From the NCBI GenBank assembly GCA_024346625.1, contig AP024666.1, positions 620,001-684,000 on the forward strand: DNA of 64,000 bases, given 5' to 3'. A program made the translations under genes and the position numbers. Origin of the DNA: Williopsis jadinii. Taxonomy: Eukaryota. Positions 56,261 to 64,000 of this stretch are shown one piece after another. Every line of letters begins with the position of its first letter. Within the stretch, counting starts at the first letter, position 1. The notes under the pieces are model-generated. The model was not told the origin of the DNA. It saw nothing but the letters and a program-made list of their open reading frames with translations, and ran no database searches.

Positions 56261-56558
56261 CGCTCTTCCATCACAGACTGTCTCAAAGGAGCTAGAGAGA
56301 CTCAACGCATCGAATTGGAGAGAAACCCGTTGATACCAAGTGCGATGCGCTTTATAACAAAGTCCACCTACACCACCTCCGCGGAGAGTTTTCCCTTTGG
56401 CGTTTCTGGCGTGCCGAGAAGGGGCAGAATTACGCAGACACGCATCGCACACGGAGAGCACAGCCAATCGACTATCAGTTTTGAATGATTCCTTGGAATA
56501 TTCCAGAAACCTTGCCTTGCTAGTGCTTGAAAGCCGTCATTGATATCGTCAGGAAGCA

Positions 56559-57995
56559 ATGTTGCATACACCACCGACCAAGGGCACGTTTGTAGCAGGG
56601 GAGTCAGCGGAGGGATCAACTGCTGAGCCCTTCACGGATCCCTTGCACGCCACAAGCGAAGAGTCCATAGCCGTTGATGAAAGCAGCGTATCGGTGGAGC
56701 TACCTCAACAGTTGGTGCCTGAGTTGCAGCAGTTGGTGTCCCAGTTCTTGCACGATGTCCAGCAGCCAAAGTACAACAAACCGCTCACAGCTGAACAGCT
56801 GAGCGACATGTTCCAGGACTTCTATCAGATGTTCCAGTATAGAGTGGATCTCTTTGTCAAGGGGTCCGTGTATTACAAAAATAGACTCAAGGAGATTGAG
56901 ATGTTGACAGCTGAGGAGCAAGTGCAGAGGAAGAAGATCTTACTACAAGTGCACTTGAAGATACGGAGGTATGTACAGCTGGGCGAAGATGATATCTGTA
57001 CCTCGTTGTTTGACAAGCTATTCAACAAGTTCCCGGAGGATGTTGAGATAAACAACTACATCAAGAAGAAGATAGCCCTTATGAAGAGGATCAAAGATTT
57101 GGACTACTGCAAGTTGCTGGACGTCAACATGAAGCTGACACCCGAGCTGGACTCTGTCTCCCATATATTTAGCGAGCTTTGTCACTTGAAAACACCGTGT
57201 GATAAGCTTGACGTTCTCCTGTCGATCCATGCCTCCATCAACTCTACACTGTTGAAGCAGGTTTCCCATGTTGATGGCGATTACATATTGCCGATACTGA
57301 TTTACCTCATACTAGTGAACGAGGATGACGTTGACTTCTATTTGAACTTGATGTACATCAAAAGGTTCAGGAAACATTCCCTATTGGTTGAAGACTCGCT
57401 CTATTGCCTCACAAACTATGAGGCTGCGCTGATGTATATCCAGTCGTTGGACCTGACTGAAGATGAATATGACCTTTCAGAGCTTTCAGAAGAGGACTGC
57501 CACTTTATCAAGACACCACTCGTCTTGAAATCACACCCTGACGCCAAAGTTTCCCCAACCCCAACAAGGTCTATCGGGTATGCACTTGATTCAGGCATCA
57601 AGTCCATGATCAACAGGTTTTCCTCCCCTTCACCAGTACATGAACAAGTCGCTTCTACAGTAGACGAAGAGAGTTATAACCCCTTGAATAGATTGGCTGC
57701 AGGTGTTATGAAATGGAGAAACTCATCTGAGAAGACCCCAACAGTGACAACATCCACTACATCTACAAATACCTTTACAGGACGTGTTAGATCCAGAACA
57801 AATTCTTTACAACAACGTGTTAGAAGTCAACTCAACTTGAACGAAACACCACTGTCAAATCTTTCCACAACGGCGTCGAATGCATCGTCTGTTGACTACA
57901 GCAAATTCAAAGGCAAGCAATTTGAAGATTTGACCATCTCGCAATTGAAGGAAATGTACCAGGACTATCAAACACTGGTTGCACAACATAAATAA
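56559..57995 (+). CDS. MUK1: VPS9-domain Rab5 GEF Muk1
   Basis: VPS9 motifs 'KTPCDKLDVL', 'DGDYILPILIY', 'YCLTNYEAA'; C-terminal 'FEDLTISQLKEMYQDYQ'. Confidence 0.8.
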   Translation: MLHTPPTKGTFVAGESAEGSTAEPFTDPLHATSEESIAVDESSVSVELPQQLVPELQQLVSQFLHDVQQPKYNKPLTAEQLSDMFQDFYQMFQYRVDLFVKGSVYYKNRLKEIEMLTAEEQVQRKKILLQVHLKIRRYVQLGEDDICTSLFDKLFNKFPEDVEINNYIKKKIALMKRIKDLDYCKLLDVNMKLTPELDSVSHIFSELCHLKTPCDKLDVLLSIHASINSTLLKQVSHVDGDYILPILIYLILVNEDDVDFYLNLMYIKRFRKHSLLVEDSLYCLTNYEAALMYIQSLDLTEDEYDLSELSEEDCHFIKTPLVLKSHPDAKVSPTPTRSIGYALDSGIKSMINRFSSPSPVHEQVASTVDEESYNPLNRLAAGVMKWRNSSEKTPTVTTSTTSTNTFTGRVRSRTNSLQQRVRSQLNLNETPLSNLSTTASNASSVDYSKFKGKQFEDLTISQLKEMYQDYQTLVAQHK

Positions 57996-58114
57996 AGATT
58001 TAAACATAAACATAGATCTTGCAACTAGTACTCACATCAATAAAAGTGTAAATAAAATTATTAATAATACATCGTCCTGTGGAATTATTTACAACATCTT
58101 GTGAAGGTGGTTGT

Positions 58115-59767
58115 TCATTCATCTTCAATTATCATCTTCAACTTTTGATTCAGCACATTTTGAACATCTTCATCATTAAGGACTTCTTCTCCCTTGTCTT
58201 CTCCTATTCTTGTATAAATACGGAACGAAGTTTGTCCCTCTTCGTCATGGATTCTTGTAGAAACTTTCTTACGGAGTGTAGCCAATGTTGTATCACGAGA
58301 CAAGAGCAATGCAAATATATCATCCTTGTAGTAAAATTTCAGCTTCTGTGCCGTTGGTTGTCTCTCCAAGTTGAGAGTCTTGATAGATTCATTCTTAACA
58401 ATCGTTCTTTCTCTGTCATCGTCTTGCAAATCAAGATTTGAACTTTCGAGTACCCGATCTAGTTCATTCTTGATGGAGAATAACGATTTGACAAAGTTGC
58501 AATGCGACACGTAAACAGGCAACGCCACCAATTCTTTAACGTATTCATTCAAGTCAACTTGTCTCTTCTTTGTTATTTTATCAGTTACGTATGTTAATGG
58601 ACCTGGAATGAAAGGCAGTATTCTCTTTTGCGACTGTGAAGATCTACCGGCCTCTGCAGGGAACAGCTCCAACAATCTAATCTGGAAATCGTAGAAATCT
58701 TCGTAGTAACGGCACAAAGATCTCAACTCTCCGTTACTAAGTTCCGCATTTATGTGGAACCAGTATCTTCCATTGTCGACGTAAAACGAATCCACTGCTG
58801 CGTCAACGATATAAGGTAGAGAGTCGTTAACAACGATATCAGCATCAGGTGTTATCACTATTTGTGACTGTGATTGTGAAAAGGCCAATTGTGAACGTCT
58901 TGAGGACCTTGAAGGATTACGTGCATGTAAGAATGGCTGTTGTTGCTGTTGTTCTGGCTGCTGAGCCTGAGGAGATCCTGTTGTTGTTTCATCAACGTTG
59001 CCCAATGGGATTGAAGAGGCCTTATATTTGGCATTTCTCGACTTCCACTGTTCCACTGTGGGTAAGTTTGCACTAGTGATGTCATCAACCACATTATTGC
59101 CTGTCGAATTCCCGGTCAAGATATCAATCACGGATACGTAGCTCACTGGGACCAAACCAGGTCCACCCAATCTATCAATAGGCTTGGCTATAAACCACTC
59201 ATATTCATGATGAGCACATAATATGATATTCTCGCCGGCAATTATGTCCAGCTCATCAGAGCGTTCAGCTTTAAAATCGTACAAGACAATGGCATAGAGC
59301 GTATTCGAAGTGGATGATTTTGAAGAAATCGACACTGGCATTGAGTCGGTGGACAGCTTCTTCGAAGAGCGTGAAACCTTGGAAGGCGATGATGAATTCT
59401 TCGTTGTTGGTGGTCTTGTTTTATCAAATGTTTCGAAATATGGCACCGGGACCATTCCTCTTTGATTCTTTGAAGGGTTACAGGCCTCGTACCACTCAGG
59501 GTCGTCTTCGTTGCCAATGACGTGGAAGAAGTCACCTTTCGAGAATGCCAATTCGCCCGGGCCTTGTGGTGTATAGTCGTACAGAGCCTTGATAACCTTC
59601 TTTGGAGATTGGAGCAGGTTACTGGTTCCAATCTTCAAGTCGTTTATGGATGAGATGGACGCCATCCGGTCGCTAATCGGCGACGAGATCGACGAGTGTG
59701 ACGACTTGGACTTGTCCCTCAGCGACTTTCTCAGGCCCTTCATTGGCGATGTTAGTAAACCACTCAT
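58115..59767 (-). CDS. BEM1: Polarity scaffold Bem1 (SH3-SH3-PX-PB1)
   Basis: 'KALYDYTPQGPGELAF', 'AKPIDRLGGPGLVP', PX 'RYYEDFYDFQ', PB1 'KLKFYYKDDIFAL'. Confidence 0.95.
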   Translation of the reverse strand: MSGLLTSPMKGLRKSLRDKSKSSHSSISSPISDRMASISSINDLKIGTSNLLQSPKKVIKALYDYTPQGPGELAFSKGDFFHVIGNEDDPEWYEACNPSKNQRGMVPVPYFETFDKTRPPTTKNSSSPSKVSRSSKKLSTDSMPVSISSKSSTSNTLYAIVLYDFKAERSDELDIIAGENIILCAHHEYEWFIAKPIDRLGGPGLVPVSYVSVIDILTGNSTGNNVVDDITSANLPTVEQWKSRNAKYKASSIPLGNVDETTTGSPQAQQPEQQQQQPFLHARNPSRSSRRSQLAFSQSQSQIVITPDADIVVNDSLPYIVDAAVDSFYVDNGRYWFHINAELSNGELRSLCRYYEDFYDFQIRLLELFPAEAGRSSQSQKRILPFIPGPLTYVTDKITKKRQVDLNEYVKELVALPVYVSHCNFVKSLFSIKNELDRVLESSNLDLQDDDRERTIVKNESIKTLNLERQPTAQKLKFYYKDDIFALLLSRDTTLATLRKKVSTRIHDEEGQTSFRIYTRIGEDKGEEVLNDEDVQNVLNQKLKMIIEDE

Positions 59768-59888
59768 ATTGAAGCGCTATGTCCCAGCTTTACGTCCCAA
59801 GCGCTATGCCTCGTACGGGAAGACCAGGAAGAGCTCCATGGAGACAACTTCGACATCGCTCAAACAACCGTCTAAAAATAAGCAAGCA

Positions 59889-59922
59889 CACACACGCTCG
59901 CACACGCTCGCACACGCTCACA
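59889..59922 (+). repeat. (CACACGCTCG)x~3 minisatellite upstream of BEM1
   Basis: Seen directly. Confidence 0.6.
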
Positions 59923-60645
59923 GCACACGGAGAGAGAACCTCACACACGAGGCCGTAAAGCCCTACCGTGTGCCTCGATCGCACCACCTGCCCGTTGCTA
60001 TAGCTAAGCAAAGCTGTGACGGACACAGGCAAACAGCCCCTGTCTGCCAATAGCGGTGCTGCTTATAATGAGAAGCCAGAAGCCGCCGACATAGCAAAAA
60101 AGAAGTGGAATGCTTACCTTGATCATTTTATGGTGATGATGTGTTTGTGTAACCTGAAAGCCTTGTTCACAGTGCCTGAAAACGAGAGAGGAAACGACCT
60201 TGTTAAAAAAAGAAAATGGCCAGAACGAGAGAGGAAAAACACACGCTGGAATTTGTATGCGTAGCAAGTGCGCTGAAACGGGGATTTTTGGTCAAACGTC
60301 AAGGAATTGGTGGTTTGGTATGCAGGTTTTTCTGTTCAAGAGGATGGTTGCCCCTTTGAAAAGTTGCGTTGCCCCAATTTTGTGTCTATTTTCGCTTTTA
60401 TATGGGAGAAAGCTGGGCAAGCGAAGCGGTAGGGAATGTGGATATGAAACAGCGGCGCAGTGAAGTGCACGCGAGTTTTGAGCGGTGGGAGCGGTGGGAG
60501 CGCAGCTTAGACAGGGGGCGGTAGCAATGGCGGTGGCAGTAGCAGTAGCGGTGGCAGTGGAAGCAACAGCAGTACAGGGATTCATCTACATCTCCAAAAC
60601 ACCAATCCGTTCCATTCAACGTAAGCTAATACACACGCAGACGCT

Positions 60646-61912
60646 TCACTTCTGGCCCTTCGCAACGAAATTTTTGAAGATGAACCGAAGAGCGCCCTGT
60701 ATGAGGGCGAATCTCATGAGGTTGTTCAACACGCAGAACTCAAACACCCGGAAGAGACCAAATCTCAGGCCGAGCGTAGCACCAGCAAGGGAGAACAAGT
60801 GAGGCGCGTCATAGTTAACCTCGTCGTCACCCGTAGTGCCTCCTCTTTGAAGAGCCTCCACAGCGGCTTGCGCCGCAATGGGGTCGTCAGTGATGAAGGA
60901 TTTGCAATCCAAGCGGTAGCCGAGATCGAAGTCGGCCTGGGTGTTCAGTGTCCACAGGTACAGGTCTAGTCCGTTGGGGATCATCAACTCCTCGTGGAGT
61001 TGCTTGAACTCGGAGGCGTATGTGGCAACGAGAATCAGGGAAATCGCACGCAATTGGAACTCCTTTGGTAGGGTCAACGAGTATTCGATGAATCGTTTGG
61101 CAATGGTTGGAGAAAAGGTGATGTTGATGACTTCAAACCCGTATATGAACCCTGCCTTGTACGCATATTCGTAGAACTCCAAGGTCCAGAAGCCAAAGAT
61201 GAGCTTCCGTCTCCAATACGCCAGATCGCCATTCACCTCCAACATTATACGCTGCATGACAGCTAACACCATAATCGAGTTATTAGCCTTGATGTCAAGC
61301 ATGATTTTGGTCTCCTCCGGTTGCTCAACAGCCCACTCGAGAAACTCCTTGAAAGTTAGTAACCTCAGTGCCGGATCCTGCAAGTTCTTCAACTGTTTGA
61401 GCTCCTCCAACGTGCTTTCTCCAATGACTAGATCTTTATCATAATTTCGACCCGTACGTGGATCCTAGTCCGATGTTAGTTCGAGACGTGTGGATATAAA
61501 AGCGGCAGAACCACTATACCAAACTCACATGGTTGATTATGACGGTGCCATCACCACTCAATTGAACGTCTGAATACGTCGTTGGTTAGTCCATAATCGT
61601 ATTCCAGAAGAAACCCCCTATTGAGAAAGGAGGCGGAGAAGGTAGAGCTACACTCACCGGTTTCTATACACTTTGCGCCGGCGTCAATGGCTCCTTGGAA
61701 CGCAGCAATAGTGTTCTCTGCGTACTTGGATTTATACCTGGTGAAGCGACCAATTGTGTTAATATAACAAGACATCGGACCGATCAGCTGTCTCACAGAC
61801 AATACACAACCTGTGGATAAGATAGCGACATTGTCACAGACACTGCTGACCATAATAACCACACATACCCTCTGTGCGCTGCAATCAGTGGACTAAACTG
61901 GTTGTGTGTCAT
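60646..61912 (-). CDS. PGC1: Glycerophosphodiester phosphodiesterase-family phosphatidylglycerol phospholipase C Pgc1, 3 introns
   Basis: Exons 61912-61869, 61737-61658, 61569-61529 and 61464-60646; spliced 'IAAHRGYKSKYAENTIAAF...IETDVQLSGDGTVIINHD', 'MLDIK', 'LWTLN', 'ITDDP'; 327 aa. Confidence 0.85.
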
Positions 61913-62508
61913 TTCTGCGTATGTCTCGTTCTTCTCTGTCTCTTGAATAAGGAACAAAGAAGAATTGATCCAAAAAGGGGGAACAAGGGATGATGAACGT
62001 ACAACAACAGTGGAAACTCTGTCTAAGATCTTCCATATATATATACGTATGGCTGCTGAAGTTGTGAGACATAAAACCTAACGTGCACGTTTTCCCACTG
62101 CTGTCCGTCTGTCAAAATTCAGTGGGTCGGCATCAGAGTAACAGCGCTTGCGGCCTGAGTAGGCGTGGCGCTTCGTATTGGCAGAACGGTATGGACAGCA
62201 CGGCACGGGTGATTCTCAATACGGTAATTGCGCAGATGACCCAAAAGGGAAGCGCTAAAGCGCAAATACCCTTTCAGGAAACATACCCCTTTTAGGCATA
62301 TTTTGTCGTCATCTTGGCCTCCTCTTTCTTCTTTTCTTTTTCTCTGTGTTTCCCAGGGGATTTTCCCGAGACTCGCCCGCTGCATAGAAACGACGACTCA
62401 TCGCATTTCTCGAAAGACTTTTCATCTCTTTTTCCTCTTCTCCATTCTCTTCAGTCCTCTTCATCACAGCACAAGCCAGTGGAGGCAAACACATCCGACG
62501 TAGACACC

Positions 62509-63519
62509 ATGAGCCATTTCTCGCATGTTGTGATTGATAACCGCGCGATCAGCGGTATCACTGGGTATGTCGTCCATGGTTGATTCGGCGGTGTATGCCT
62601 GTTTATTACGACGAGTACTAACCCCAGGTTTCCCAGGTCTATATCGATTTCGTTCTGGCTGATTGTGTTCATGCCGCAAATCTATGAAAACGTATGTTAC
62701 TATTGTTCTCTCTGACTCACCTTGTGTCGTGCTAACAAGTTGTCGAATGCTCAGTGGATGCGCCAAAGTTCTGAAGGCTTATCGTTGTTATTCGTTGTGC
62801 TGTGGTTGGCTGGTGATGTCTTCAACGTGCTGGGGGCAGTGCTACAGCACGTCTTGCCAACGATGATCATATTGGCTGTATACTACACCGTGGCGGACCT
62901 GATCCTGCTTTTCCAGATATACCTCTACGGCGACGGCTCGAACGTTGATCCGGTGCACCTATCGCCTGCTAATCCTCTCACGGAGAACATGTACGACGAG
63001 ATTAGGGAAGACGTGTTTGGAGACGAGGATTCGTGCTCCTCCACGGATGCAGAGCGCCAAAGAGGCAGACATCCACAGGAATCGAAACGCTCGTTGATGG
63101 TACAGGGCTCTTTGATTGCGCTTGTGATACTGTCCGGTGTGTTGGGTTGGTACTTCACTTATAAGCCAGATGACGACATTAAGGAGCCGGACTTGACATT
63201 TGACCCAATGGCCCAGTTCTTTGGTTGGCTCTCTGCTGCGTTGTACCTGGGCTCACGCTTACCGCAGATCTTGTTGAACTACAAGAGAAAATCGTGTGAA
63301 GGCATTTCATTTTTGTTCTTCTTATGCGCATGCCTGGGTAACTTGACATATGTCATCTCCATCCTCTCCATTAGCATTGATCCATACTACTTACTGGTGC
63401 AATCAAGTTGGCTAACCGGATCGATCGGTACGCTCTCGATGGATTTTGTTATCTTTGTCCAATTCTTTTTATACCATAAGGATGATGATGACGATTCCGT
63501 CGATGAGATCACTGCATAG
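62509..63519 (+). CDS. YPQ1: PQ-loop vacuolar cationic amino acid transporter (Ypq1/Rtc2), 2 introns
   Basis: Exons 62509-62564, 62637-62691 and 62755-63519; 'VFMPQIYEN', 'SRLPQILLNYKRKSCEGIS'; near MSH2 as YPQ1 is in S. cerevisiae. Confidence 0.85.
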
Positions 63520-63692
63520 ATTTCTCATAAACACCACACTCTCCACAAGATTTATTCACATTTAGATAGATTTGATGTTTAGTTTAATGATAGGTTTTTA
63601 CCCTCTTTTTGGGATGGTCCCAAAAAGCTGCAGCCGAAAACAGAAGACGCGCAACAAACAGAAAACCAAGTGGTACACGAACTTTTTTGGCG

Positions 63693-63698
63693 ACGCGT
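63693..63698. promoter_or_regulatory. MCB element ACGCGT upstream of MSH2
   Basis: Perfect MluI cell-cycle box about 70 bp before the ATG. Confidence 0.6.
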
Positions 63699-63766
63699 CT
63701 GCTTTTGTTTTGCTTTCTACTCCCAACATCAACAAGTTAGAACAGGAAAGGCAGTGCAAACAAAGC

Positions 63767-64000
63767 ATGAGCAGTACAAGGCCAGAGCTCAAGTTCTCAG
63801 ACACTGCGGATGAGAGAAGCTTCTATAGGAAGTTTCAGAAGCTGGAGCCGAAACAGGAGAACACGATCCGTATTGTGGATAAGGGTGATTACTACTCGGT
63901 CTTTGCCGAGGACGCGAGATTTGTTGCTGAGTTGATCTATAGGACAACCAGTGTCATTAAAGAGGCACAAGGCGTGGAGTACGTCACTGTATCGCCGGCT
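63767..64000 (+). CDS. MSH2: Mismatch repair protein Msh2, 5' part (runs off the window)
   Basis: MSSTRPELKFSDTADERSFYRKF...TIRIVDKGDYYSVFAEDARFVA matches the yeast Msh2 N-terminus. Confidence 0.93.
   Translation, partial: MSSTRPELKFSDTADERSFYRKFQKLEPKQENTIRIVDKGDYYSVFAEDARFVAELIYRTTSVIKEAQGVEYVTVSPA

Noticed and set aside
60480..60575. GYRGCR hexamer run giving AVAVAV/TATATA ORFs
   Set aside because: Degenerate microsatellite downstream of PGC1; no coding evidence.
1..64000. CRISPR arrays, prokaryotic defence systems, intact retrotransposons
   Set aside because: The DNA is fungal with spliceosomal introns; no repeat-spacer array, gag-pol ORF or paired LTRs were seen.

Overview
Eukaryotic, budding-yeast (Saccharomycotina) chromosomal DNA. 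It uses the standard genetic code (CTG encodes conserved Leu in RFC3 'NLPW' and GAL4 'KLKC') and is intron-rich. The 14 introns I could reconstruct are mostly 49-90 nt, and half have GTGAGT donors. This is consistent with a Cyberlindnera/Wickerhamomyces-like yeast (inference). Gene order: MNN4-like, a ~5 kb gene-free segment with decayed ORF relics ending in a telomere-like (TGTTTGGG)n tract, SLD3, TAF6, SEC9, tRNA-Glu, NGR1, MET8, tRNA-Met, ICY1/ATG41-like, CMC4, an unnamed 2-intron gene, RPL36, MRPL24, GYP5, SPG5, full-length GAL4, MID1, GCV2, YPL247C/DCAF7, a UBE2W-type E2, SGS1, RFC3, POA1, YPK3, a compact Gpr1/Git3 GPCR, YPL071C-like, MUK1, BEM1, PGC1, YPQ1 and the 5' end of MSH2. Many starts and exons in the ORF track are corrected here by reading splice signals. 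Most notable: (1) a possible fossil chromosome end or centromeric segment at 3-8 kb; (2) an RPL36 promoter combining Rap1, Homol-D, Cbf1 and Tbf1-like sites; (3) an intron-split full-length GAL4; (4) an apparent MID1-SGS1 inversion. No clearly new multi-gene system could be demonstrated from sequence alone. All gene identifications are from recalled motif similarity and synteny, not database searches.
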